64,000 nucleotides of DNA from Bacteroidales bacterium (GTDB lineage: Bacteria; Bacteroidota; Bacteroidia; Bacteroidales; UBA932). The translations under genes were made by a program, and so were the position numbers. This document shows positions 8,723 through 19,820 of the stretch, piece by piece (position 1 is the stretch's first letter; each line of letters begins with the position of its first letter). Where the stretch lies: assembly GCA_017453565.1 (NCBI GenBank), contig JAFTEQ010000072.1:5720-69719 (forward strand), read 5' to 3'. Under the pieces are notes generated by a model. The model worked only from the letters and a program-made list of their open reading frames with translations, ran no database searches and was not told where the DNA came from.

Positions 8723-11364
8723 CCATGAAGCACAGCTCCTTATTTGCACTGACCCTGATTGCGCTTGCCGCGGCGGGCGCCTGCACCGCCCTCAAGGAGC
8801 AGACGCCGGACGGGGACGCCAGGACCTACGTGATCCGCGCCGGCGCGCAGCCGCTCAAAACGGTGCTGGGACCCGACCAGCGGAGCGTCCGCTGGGTGGA
8901 AAGCGACCGGGTGGCCATTATTTCCTACAACTCAGGCACAGGCAAATGGGGTGCGCTCACCGATGTGGCGCCCACATCGATAGACGGCACGGGGGCCAGC
9001 TTTACCTTCTCGCTGGAAGCGGGCTTCGAACCTCTCTATATTTCCTGTCCGTCGCGGGTAAGTTCCGCTTACAACACCACCTACGGGGGCATCCGTACCA
9101 AGGCGGACAGTCCGCTCTATCTGGTGAAGGACAACCTTCCGCTCAATTCCCAGATGGCTGAGGCAAGCAACGCCGCCACGTCCATTGGAACCATCTCCGA
9201 CGGGGCGGCCGCCATGCGCAACGCCGTCTGCCTGCTCCGGATTACCGTGGGGGTTGCGGGAGTGGCCCGGATCATCCTCAGCGGCAACGCTTCGGAAGCG
9301 GTGAGCGGATATCCGGTCTACGACCCCTCCACCCTGGAGCTCAGGGCCTGGATCAGCCCGGCCGAAAGCCTGGAGCTGAGGCCCAACGGCGTGGATACCT
9401 TTGAGCCGGGCAGCTACTATGTGCCCTTTACCCCGCAAACCTTCGCTTCCGGCATCACGCTCAGCTACGCCAACGCTTCCGGGGCTTCGGTACAGAAGTC
9501 CTCGTCGGACTCCTACACCTTCCTGCGCAACAAGGTCTATGACCTGGGCGCCACGGGCGCGGTCATCACCATCGAGGAGTCCGGCGACAGCATGTTCTAC
9601 TTCCAGGACGAGAGCGATCCGTTCAGCTCCGACGACCCTGTGCGCGATTATGTAGACCCCTCCGACACCCTCACGGTGGACATCATCCCCGACTTCAGCC
9701 GGGTGGGCTACCACTACGGCGACGACCCCATCCCCACGTTGCCGGTGGTGCGGACCATCAGCGTAGACGATGTGGCGGCGGCCCTGGCAGCCGGGACGGC
9801 GCCCGATACCACCTCCTTTATCCAGGCCACGCTGGACGAGGTGGCCAATGCCGGGGGCGGGGCGCTGCTCCTGCGCAACGGCGAATACCATGTGGGCGAG
9901 GTGCTCTTCATTGACCACAGCAACACGGTGCTTCGCGGCGAGAGCGAGGCGGGCACGGTCCTCATTGCCGACGGCACGCGCCGCAGGCCCGTCATCTGGC
10001 TGGGAACCAGCATGGAAGACCGGGTCATCAAGGAGTCCTATACCACCACCGGCGACATCAACGACCAGTCCACGACCCTCAAGATGTTCAATCCCAAGCC
10101 GTCGGCCATATCCATAGACTATAGCTCGGCCTCCTTCGTCTCGGAGGACTATGTGCCGGTGGGGCGCCTGTGGCTGCGGGTAGACAATCCCAAGATCTTT
10201 GCCCCGGGCGACCGGGTGGTGCTCATCCGTCCCGCCACAGACCAGTGGATCAGCGACATAGGCATGGACAAGATCGACGTAAATCTGGACCAGATCCACC
10301 CCACCACGCAGTGGAATCCCGCCGACTACTACAGCTATCAGGAGCGGCGCATCACCTATGTGGAGGGCAGCCGGATCGGACTCGACGCCCCCGTGGTAAT
10401 GTCCCTGGACCGGCGCTACAGCCGTTGTATCGTGGCCCACTGCACTTGGGACCGGATTACGGAAAGCGGGGTGGAGAACCTCACCGTGGACATCAGCTAC
10501 AACCCGTCTGTCACCACCACCAAGGCCTCCCTGTCTCCGTCTTATCCGGGCGGCACCTACTGCTACGACGAGGACCACGCCTGGAGCACCGTTGCCGTCG
10601 CTCCGGCCGAACACTGCTGGGTACGGCACGTCACCAGCCGCCACCACGGCCTTTCCATGGTCTATTTCAGGCCGGGTTCACGCCTCTGCACCGCCGAGTA
10701 CTGCACTTCGGAAGATCCCATCTCCATTGTGCGCGGCTCGCGCCGGTACGCCTTCTATTTCACCAAATATTCCTGCCAGAACCTGCTGCAGCACTCCAGC
10801 TGCGACCACGACCGGCACTGCACCGTGACGAGCAGTTCCTACGGGCCCAACGTGTTCTACGATGTGACCTGCACCCGGGCGCACGCAGAGGGAGGGCCCC
10901 ATATGGGCTGGGCCATGGGGACGCTCTACGACAACGTGACCACCGACTACGGCGCCCAGGTCATAGACCGGGGCAATTCCGGCGGAAACCACGGCTGGGC
11001 GGGAACCTGCCAGGTTTTCTGGAACTTCACCGCCACCGGTTCCTACGGCCTTGCCGTCCAGAGTCCCTGGACATCGGGCTGCAACTATGCCGTGGGCTGC
11101 ATCGGGCGCAAGCATCCGGGCCGTTCCTACAGTGCGAACGACTATTATTACTCGCGGGGCCTCAGCCGGCCCGACGGCACCTGGTATCCAGCCCGCGCCA
11201 TCGAATCTACCGGCGGAACGCACGTTTCGCTGCCCGTGGCCAGCCCGCCCGGCGACTGGTGGCCGCGCCTGACCCTTAATTCATTCACCCATCCCGAGTC
11301 GCTCTACCTGAGCCAGTTGGAAGACCGGCATGCGCAAGGGATCTATCTGAGCGCTGCCCTATGA
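8719..11364 (+). CDS. Lipoprotein: fimbrillin-like N-terminal domain plus pectin-lyase-fold (beta-helix) putative lyase domain
   Basis: Lipobox AAGAC; KTVL...VRWVESDRVAI; C-terminal IPDFSRVGY, GGGALLLRNGEY, VLRGE, DEDHAW, RRYAF, HGWAG. Confidence 0.7.
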   Translation: MTMKHSSLFALTLIALAAAGACTALKEQTPDGDARTYVIRAGAQPLKTVLGPDQRSVRWVESDRVAIISYNSGTGKWGALTDVAPTSIDGTGASFTFSLEAGFEPLYISCPSRVSSAYNTTYGGIRTKADSPLYLVKDNLPLNSQMAEASNAATSIGTISDGAAAMRNAVCLLRITVGVAGVARIILSGNASEAVSGYPVYDPSTLELRAWISPAESLELRPNGVDTFEPGSYYVPFTPQTFASGITLSYANASGASVQKSSSDSYTFLRNKVYDLGATGAVITIEESGDSMFYFQDESDPFSSDDPVRDYVDPSDTLTVDIIPDFSRVGYHYGDDPIPTLPVVRTISVDDVAAALAAGTAPDTTSFIQATLDEVANAGGGALLLRNGEYHVGEVLFIDHSNTVLRGESEAGTVLIADGTRRRPVIWLGTSMEDRVIKESYTTTGDINDQSTTLKMFNPKPSAISIDYSSASFVSEDYVPVGRLWLRVDNPKIFAPGDRVVLIRPATDQWISDIGMDKIDVNLDQIHPTTQWNPADYYSYQERRITYVEGSRIGLDAPVVMSLDRRYSRCIVAHCTWDRITESGVENLTVDISYNPSVTTTKASLSPSYPGGTYCYDEDHAWSTVAVAPAEHCWVRHVTSRHHGLSMVYFRPGSRLCTAEYCTSEDPISIVRGSRRYAFYFTKYSCQNLLQHSSCDHDRHCTVTSSSYGPNVFYDVTCTRAHAEGGPHMGWAMGTLYDNVTTDYGAQVIDRGNSGGNHGWAGTCQVFWNFTATGSYGLAVQSPWTSGCNYAVGCIGRKHPGRSYSANDYYYSRGLSRPDGTWYPARAIESTGGTHVSLPVASPPGDWWPRLTLNSFTHPESLYLSQLEDRHAQGIYLSAAL

Positions 11365-12668
11365 GAAGAGAGTCTGTTGTTATAGTCCTTTTGGCGCTTT
11401 GCCTCCTGGGAGGCTGCTCCCGGGTGGCGGAGGAGACTCCGTCGCTGGATATGCTCTTTATCGACCGCCCCGCCCTGCGGGTGGGCCTGGACGAATCCGG
11501 CCACACGAAATGGCAGGGGGGGGACGAGGTGTCGGTTTTTTACCGGAGCCTGGAAAACGAGAACTGGCAGTACCAGCCCTTCTTTAAGGGCGATGTCCTC
11601 TGCCATACGCACGGCGCCCGCACGGAGACCACTTCCCGGATTGTGGCGCTCTATCCCTACTCGGCAGGTAACAGCCTCAGCGACAATACACTGCTGACCC
11701 AGGTCCCTGCAGAGCAGGAACTGGTTCTGAATTCGTTCGGCCGCGGCGCCGCCCTCATGACGGCGGTCACGAGCGGGACCTCGCTGCACTTCAAGTATGC
11801 CTGCGCCATGATTGCCCTGCGCCTGGAACTCACGGGCCAGGTGGAAAGCCTTTCGCTCAGCGGCGGCAATTCGGAGGTGCTCGCAGGTCCGGCTGTCATA
11901 GACATTTCGGGCGAAACCCCCGTCCTCTCGCTGCTGGGGAGCGCTTCGGCCACCAGCATCGACCTCACGGCGGCGGAACCTGTGGCTGTGGACGGAGTGT
12001 CGGAGTTCCTGTTCTGCGTGCCGCCCATGACGTTCAGCAGCGGCGTACGCGCCACCATCCGCTTTGCAAACGGCAGCGAAAAGCCCGTCATCTGGGAAGA
12101 TCCGTTCTCCGTCGCGGCGGGCCATGTGGCGGTGCTTTCCTGGGCGGGCGACGCGGCCGGAACCATCGACCTGGTGCTCGATTTCTCCAATGGGAACGAC
12201 CCCTTTGACGTCCTGGCCACGACCGACACGCTCAAGGCCCTTCCCAACTACACCAACGCCCATCCCGACTATACCTTCTACTTTACGCACCAGGGCGTTC
12301 ATTATCCCTTTACCATGCACGCCGAGTACTATGCCGGAGGCTATGGGATGGGAATCGGCGCCCCCAGCGGTTCCAGCGTGAAGGACTTCCAGCTGGGACG
12401 CGGCGGCTCGTGGATCTCTATTCCGCCCATGGAGGGCAAGACCCTGTACTCCATCTCCTATGTGGCGGGGTCCACTTCCGGGCACCCGGTCCTGTGCGCC
12501 GATCCGGCGGGGGAGAACCGGGTTTCCACGCAGGTGGGCGCCACCGTGGTGGGAGAAGAGTACACCATGCTCGCCTTCCTGACGGAACCCGGCCAGACCT
12601 ATTATATGTATATGACGTCGCCCAACAATTATCTGCACGCCAGAAGAATCACCATCCGCTACAAATAG
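11361..12668 (+). CDS. Fimbrillin-like lipoprotein with uncharacterised C-terminal beta-rich domain
   Basis: Lipobox LLGGC; W-x-x-GD-x-VSVF, ALYPY, LHFKYACA motifs shared with 12713..13981. Confidence 0.7.
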   Translation: MRRESVVIVLLALCLLGGCSRVAEETPSLDMLFIDRPALRVGLDESGHTKWQGGDEVSVFYRSLENENWQYQPFFKGDVLCHTHGARTETTSRIVALYPYSAGNSLSDNTLLTQVPAEQELVLNSFGRGAALMTAVTSGTSLHFKYACAMIALRLELTGQVESLSLSGGNSEVLAGPAVIDISGETPVLSLLGSASATSIDLTAAEPVAVDGVSEFLFCVPPMTFSSGVRATIRFANGSEKPVIWEDPFSVAAGHVAVLSWAGDAAGTIDLVLDFSNGNDPFDVLATTDTLKALPNYTNAHPDYTFYFTHQGVHYPFTMHAEYYAGGYGMGIGAPSGSSVKDFQLGRGGSWISIPPMEGKTLYSISYVAGSTSGHPVLCADPAGENRVSTQVGATVVGEEYTMLAFLTEPGQTYYMYMTSPNNYLHARRITIRYK

Positions 12669-12709
12669 CGCTCCTGCACGCCCGCCGCATTACGGTGCGC
12701 TACCAATAG
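12633..12709 (+). repeat. Diverged 36-nt direct repeat of the final 12 codons of the upstream gene
   Basis: 12633-12668 encodes LHARRITIRYK*; 12674-12709 encodes LHARRITVRYQ*; 27 of 36 nt identical. Confidence 0.9.
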
Positions 12710-12712
12710 CGG

Positions 12713-13981
12713 CTACTCCGTCTTGAGATAGCGCATCGTGAGCGAGCGGATGAGCACGTTGCCGGTGTGCACCCAGAAATAGTACTGCTTGCCCGCTTCC
12801 CGTTCGTTCAGGCGCATGGAGCAAACCTGTCCCGCCGTGGTGAAGTAGCACTGGTTGGAGAGCAGGCCCCCGCTGCCGTCGGTTTTGTCGGTGATGTAGG
12901 GACGGCCCGAGGTGCTGCCCGCCTCATAATCCACTTCAAAGAGGGCATAACCCGCCCGTACGGGCAGTTTGATCCAGGCCCCGGTACGGCCGAGGAGCAG
13001 GCAGGAATTGTTGTAGAACAGGTAGCCGTTGCTCGAGCCGGTGGTGCCGGCGTGCAGGGTGATCTGGTAGCTCGCGCCGCCCGAAGTGAAACTGTAGGTC
13101 CTGTCTTCGGTGGGGGAAGTGGTGGGCAGCGACGGGGTGACGGCATCTTTCTTATTGAATACCACGCCAATGTCGTCGGTCTGCATGAGGAAACCACTCA
13201 TGTACGCGACCGTACCCGCTTCAAGCGTAAGCGGGCCGCTGAGCGTGAAGCTGCGCGTACTGCCGTCGCCCAGGGTAACCGTAACCACGAGGCCTTCCGG
13301 ATAGCTGCCGGCGGGAAGCGCCATGAAGAAGTCGCAGGCCTTTCCGCTGAGTTGCGCCATGGCGCCGCCGTCCTTTTCCAGCGTGAGCGTCTTGCCGCCC
13401 TCTCCGGTAAACGTGGTGGCGGGCCGCACCGCTGCCGGAATGAGGGTCACCGCACCGGAAAGCGTCTCTCCGGCTCCGCCTGCAAGGCTGATGCGTTGCA
13501 CCGTAGCAAGGCCGTCGAGCCGGATGCGGAGGAAGGCGCAGGCATATTTGAAGTTGAGCGTCTTCCCGTCGGTCGAGGAGCAGAGCAGGGCCCATCCGTA
13601 CGAATCGGGCACGTAGGGCTGGGTGGCAGGAATACGGGTGGTAAGCTCGCCGCCCGTCATGACGGCATCGGCGTCATAAGGCCAGAGGGCGGTGAAAACG
13701 CCTTTCCCCGTGCGGTCGCTGCTGCCGTTGTGGGTGATGGGGCCCGAAGCAGCCCCGTCCTTGCCCGTATATTCCCAACACTCGTTTTCGCCGCCGTTAT
13801 AGAAGACCGAAACCTTGTCGCCGGCGTTCCAGGCGGCGTTGATGCCGTCGGTGAGGTGCACGCGCACGGTGCCTTCCGCCTGGGCATAGAGGGTTTCGGT
13901 GACGGGAGCGGCCGTTTCCGTTTTGGCGCAGGCCCCTGCAAGCAGGAGCGTCGCGGCGAGAAGTAAATACTTTTCTTTCAT
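12713..13981 (-). CDS. Fimbrillin-like lipoprotein, paralog of 11361..12668
   Basis: Start MKEKYLLLAATLLLAGAC (ATG at 13981); WNAGDKVSVFY, ALWPY, LNFKYACA, AGSTSG. Confidence 0.7.
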   Translation of the reverse strand: MKEKYLLLAATLLLAGACAKTETAAPVTETLYAQAEGTVRVHLTDGINAAWNAGDKVSVFYNGGENECWEYTGKDGAASGPITHNGSSDRTGKGVFTALWPYDADAVMTGGELTTRIPATQPYVPDSYGWALLCSSTDGKTLNFKYACAFLRIRLDGLATVQRISLAGGAGETLSGAVTLIPAAVRPATTFTGEGGKTLTLEKDGGAMAQLSGKACDFFMALPAGSYPEGLVVTVTLGDGSTRSFTLSGPLTLEAGTVAYMSGFLMQTDDIGVVFNKKDAVTPSLPTTSPTEDRTYSFTSGGASYQITLHAGTTGSSNGYLFYNNSCLLLGRTGAWIKLPVRAGYALFEVDYEAGSTSGRPYITDKTDGSGGLLSNQCYFTTAGQVCSMRLNEREAGKQYYFWVHTGNVLIRSLTMRYLKTE

Positions 13982-13991
13982 ACGCGTGCGT

Positions 13992-16571
13992 CTACAGAAG
14001 GTTGAGGTAAATCCCCTTTGCATGCCGTTCCTGCAACTGGCACTCGTAGAGCGACAGGGGGTTGGAATAGCTTTCGAGGGTGTTGACGGGCCACCAGCTC
14101 AGGCCGGGCTGATGGGGAAGGGAAACGTGCGTGCCGCCGTTGGTCTTGAACTTGCGCTCGGGATACCATTCCCCGTCGGGACGGTTCTCTCCGTCGGGGC
14201 CGTAGCCGTATTTCTGTACATAGTAATCGGTTACGGGATTGCCGTAGTAGTCCTTCTCGTAAGGCGAGGTGCTGGCCAGTTTGCGGCAGATGTTGCCCAC
14301 CGAGTAGTTCTTGGCCGAGGCCCACAGACTCTGCACCACCAGGGAGTGCGTGCCGTTGTCGCAGTTCCAGAAAACGGTGTTGGCGCCGCGCCAGCCGTGG
14401 CCGGTACCCATGTTGCCGGCATCCTGCACCTCCATGTCGCCGTCGGAAGTGATGCAGTCGAAGAGCGTTCCGGTGGCGAAGTTGTTGTGGGGGCCGATGG
14501 ACGACTGGGCATTGGTGGACGTGCACTGGGTGAACACATGCGGGCCCAGGGAGGCGCCGTTGTTCACGAAGCTGTGCCGGTCATAGTCGCAGCGGCAGTT
14601 CTTGAAGAGTCCGAGTTCGCTCCGGTCGGAGGCGCAGAAGGCGTAGCGCCGGGCGCCCTGAACGGCCGAAACGGGTTCGAGGCAGCTGCAGTCCAGCACG
14701 CTGATGCAGCGCGAGCCCTTGTCGAGTTTGGCGAGGGCGAAACCCATGTGGCGCGAAGTCAGGTTCCTGATCCAGCAGTGCTCCGCGGCCGTGACGGATA
14801 CGGCGCTCCAGGCGTGGCGCTCGTCGACCGGCTGGCCGGAATAGATCTGGGAGGCATCGTAATCGCAGTCGACGGTGAGTTTTTCCACACCACAGCCAGT
14901 CACGCGCTCCATTTGGTATTTCACCAGCATGCCGCTGCCGTACTGGCGGTCGAGGGCCATCACCACGGGCGCGTCGAGCCAGACCTGGTCGCCCTTGACC
15001 GCAGTCACCACGCGCGACCAGTAGAAGGTGTAGCCGGTGGGATCCCACTGGATGGTGCCGGAACCCTGTGCAGAGCGGCCGTTGTCGGCAATCTTGTCCA
15101 TGCCTATGTCGCTGATCCACTTGGCGGTACCGGGTCGGAAGATGGCGACCTTCTCGCCGGGATGGAACTTGGAGGCGTCACGGACCCGCAGGTAGAGACG
15201 ACCCAGGGGCGTGTAGTCGTCGACGACGGGGGAAATGAAGCCGTAGACCGGATCGCTGATCCGGGGCGTGTAGATGTAGAGCGTCACCGAGCCGAAGGTG
15301 GAACTGCCTCCGGTGCCTGCGGCTTTCATGGTGGAGACGTTCACTACGCGGCCCGATATGAGTTGAGCTCCGTCGGGCGCCGTGGCGGCCGTAACCGTGG
15401 CCCCTATGTTGATGACCGGCATCTGAATGTGCCGGCGGAACTTGATGACGGTGCCGCTCTCGCTCTCGCCGCGCAGCACCACGCCACTGCGGTCGAGGAA
15501 AAGGATGCGGCTCACGTTGTACGTCCCGTTCTTGAGCAGGACGGCGCCGCCGCCGGCAGCCCCCACCTGGTCGATCACTTTCTGGATGTAGTCGGTGGTG
15601 TCACTCGCCGAATGGGCGGAGAGCGCCGCCGAAACGGCAGCAAGGTCGATGGTGGCTGCAACGGAGGGAGTGGGGATGGCTTCGTCGCCGTATTTGTAGC
15701 CCACGCGGCTGAAGTCGGGAATGCGGTCTGTGTCTTCGTAATCGTCGTCCATCGGTTCCAAGCCGTTGAAATCGTGTTCTGACAGGCCGGAAGTGGCGCC
15801 CGTGTCTTCCACACCGTCAATGAGGACGCGGCCCGACTGAAGGTCAAGTTCCACCGCCACGGTGGCCGCCCCGCTGCAGTCGAGGTCTTTGGACAGCGAG
15901 AACTCGTATTGCTTGTCGGAACTGATGGCGCAGACTTTTACCTTGCCCAGGTTGGCCGCGGCCGTGCGGATCCATAGCCGCGCCTCCTGCCCGGCGGGGG
16001 CTGCATTGTCGAGGGCAACGGACACCTTCTTGCCGCTGCCGCCCGGGTAACGTTCGCTCTTGATGAGGTTCACTCCGGCTTCCCCGCAAAGGCCCTCGCG
16101 GGTGGAGACGATTCCGGCGCCCGTAATCGGGGCGGGCGATCCCGTCACCTTGACGCAGACCGTTCCGCAGAGCGGGTCGAAGTGCAGCGGCGCTTCGCCG
16201 CCTTTGGGCTCGGCAATGGCGTACAGCGCCCGTGAAAGCAGGTTTTCCTGTCCGGAAGAGGCCTGACGCTGCTGCGCGGCTACCCGCACGGTGACGCGGC
16301 TGGCGTTTCCTTCCGAGACTGCGGCCGTGGGGGCGACGGCATAGATGCGCCGGGTTTCGGCGGGCAGCGTAACGGAGGCGAGTCCGCCCTCGAAGATGAC
16401 CGTGCGGACGTCGGGGCCGTCCTTTGTGTAAATGTCAGCCGTGGCCCCCTCGGGCAGGTCGGTCCGGAGGGTGAGCTGCATGAAAGCGGGTTTGTCCTCC
16501 TCGCGGTTCTTCTCTCCGCAGGAAACGAGGAGCGTGGAGAGTACCGCAAGGGCGAAACAAAATCTTCTCAT
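13992..16571 (-). CDS. Lipoprotein: fimbrillin-like N-terminal domain plus beta-helix putative lyase, paralog of 8719..11364
   Basis: Lipobox LLVSC; IPDFSRVGY, DERHAW, RRYAF, HGWRG, RPDGEWYP...GGTHVSLP...SLY..QL..RHAKGIYL. Confidence 0.7.
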   Translation of the reverse strand: MRRFCFALAVLSTLLVSCGEKNREEDKPAFMQLTLRTDLPEGATADIYTKDGPDVRTVIFEGGLASVTLPAETRRIYAVAPTAAVSEGNASRVTVRVAAQQRQASSGQENLLSRALYAIAEPKGGEAPLHFDPLCGTVCVKVTGSPAPITGAGIVSTREGLCGEAGVNLIKSERYPGGSGKKVSVALDNAAPAGQEARLWIRTAAANLGKVKVCAISSDKQYEFSLSKDLDCSGAATVAVELDLQSGRVLIDGVEDTGATSGLSEHDFNGLEPMDDDYEDTDRIPDFSRVGYKYGDEAIPTPSVAATIDLAAVSAALSAHSASDTTDYIQKVIDQVGAAGGGAVLLKNGTYNVSRILFLDRSGVVLRGESESGTVIKFRRHIQMPVINIGATVTAATAPDGAQLISGRVVNVSTMKAAGTGGSSTFGSVTLYIYTPRISDPVYGFISPVVDDYTPLGRLYLRVRDASKFHPGEKVAIFRPGTAKWISDIGMDKIADNGRSAQGSGTIQWDPTGYTFYWSRVVTAVKGDQVWLDAPVVMALDRQYGSGMLVKYQMERVTGCGVEKLTVDCDYDASQIYSGQPVDERHAWSAVSVTAAEHCWIRNLTSRHMGFALAKLDKGSRCISVLDCSCLEPVSAVQGARRYAFCASDRSELGLFKNCRCDYDRHSFVNNGASLGPHVFTQCTSTNAQSSIGPHNNFATGTLFDCITSDGDMEVQDAGNMGTGHGWRGANTVFWNCDNGTHSLVVQSLWASAKNYSVGNICRKLASTSPYEKDYYGNPVTDYYVQKYGYGPDGENRPDGEWYPERKFKTNGGTHVSLPHQPGLSWWPVNTLESYSNPLSLYECQLQERHAKGIYLNLL

Positions 16572-16581
16572 GGATATGTGC

Positions 16582-18707
<2,126 letters not shown>

Positions 18708-18731
18708 AATGAGGTTTTTAATGATTACAGA

Positions 18732-18759
18732 CAAATATAGATAAAAATCGTTAAATTTG
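18732..18759. promoter_or_regulatory. Back-to-back Bacteroidetes -7 promoter boxes for recA (-) and rlmN (+)
   Basis: TATATTTG on - strand at 18732-18739; TAAATTTG on + strand at 18752-18759; consensus TAnnTTTG. Confidence 0.7.
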
Positions 18760-18764
18760 TCGAG

Positions 18765-19820
18765 ATGAAAGAAAAGTTACTGGGAAAAACGCTGTCTGAA
18801 CTCCGTGCGCTGGCCTCGGAAATGGGGCTGCCTGTTTTTGCGGGAAACCAGCTGGCCCAGTGGCTGTATGTGCGCAGGGCCGGGTCTTTCGACGAGATGA
18901 CCAACCTCTCCAAGGAGGCGCGCGCCCTGCTTTCCGAACGCTATGAGACAGGACGGGTGGAGCCCGCCGAAGTGGCTTGCTCGACCGACGGTACCCGGAA
19001 GTATCTTTTCCCGGTTGTGTGCGAAGTGGCCGGCCGGACGGAGCGCTCCGCCGTGGAGGCGGTGATGATTCCCGACGAGGAGCGCCGGACGCTCTGCGTT
19101 TCGAGCCAGGCCGGCTGCCGCATGGGCTGCCGCTTCTGCATGACGGGGCGGCAGGGCTTCCACGGACAGCTCTCCGCCGCCGACATCCTGAACCAGTTCC
19201 TTTCCGTCGACGAAGCGCCGGACCTCACCGGAGCCGTTTTCATGGGGATGGGGGAGCCGCTCGACAATTACGAGACCCTCTCCCGCGTGCTGGAGGTGCT
19301 CACCGCGCCCTGGGGCTTCGCCTGGAGCCCCAAACGCATCACCGTCTCCACGGTGGGCGTGCTGCCGGTGCTGGAGCGATTCCTCCGGGAACAGCGCTGC
19401 CACCTGGCCCTGAGCCTGCATTCGCCCTTCGACGATGAACGCGAAGCCCTCATGCCGGTGCAGCGTGCCTGGCCCTTCCGGGCGGCGCTGGACCTCATCC
19501 GTCAGTTCGACTTCAGCGGGCAGCGGCGGGTGAGTTTCGAGTACACCATGTTCTCGGGCCTGAACGACGACAAACGCCACGCCGACGCCCTCTCGCGCCT
19601 GTTGCGCGGCCTGGAGTGCCGGGTGAACCTCATCCGCTTCCACCGCATTCCCGATTATCCGCACGGCCCTTCGCCCGAAGCGGTGATGGAGGCATTCCGC
19701 GACCGGCTCAGCCGCAGCGGCATCACCTGCACCATCCGTGCTTCGCGTGGGGAAGATATCTTCGCCGCCTGCGGCCTGCTGGCCGGACGGCACGGTGAAA
19801 CCAAGGAGGAAAGCGTATGA
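18765..19820 (+). CDS. rlmN: 23S rRNA/tRNA methyltransferase RlmN
   Basis: [15 protein letters not shown] radical SAM motif, [17 protein letters not shown]. Confidence 0.95.
   Translation: MKEKLLGKTLSELRALASEMGLPVFAGNQLAQWLYVRRAGSFDEMTNLSKEARALLSERYETGRVEPAEVACSTDGTRKYLFPVVCEVAGRTERSAVEAVMIPDEERRTLCVSSQAGCRMGCRFCMTGRQGFHGQLSAADILNQFLSVDEAPDLTGAVFMGMGEPLDNYETLSRVLEVLTAPWGFAWSPKRITVSTVGVLPVLERFLREQRCHLALSLHSPFDDEREALMPVQRAWPFRAALDLIRQFDFSGQRRVSFEYTMFSGLNDDKRHADALSRLLRGLECRVNLIRFHRIPDYPHGPSPEAVMEAFRDRLSRSGITCTIRASRGEDIFAACGLLAGRHGETKEESV

Noticed and set aside
12633-12709. Diversity-generating retroelement VR/TR pair
   Set aside because: Only 36 nt; 3 of 9 differences are at non-A positions, changes are largely synonymous, and no reverse transcriptase is in the window.
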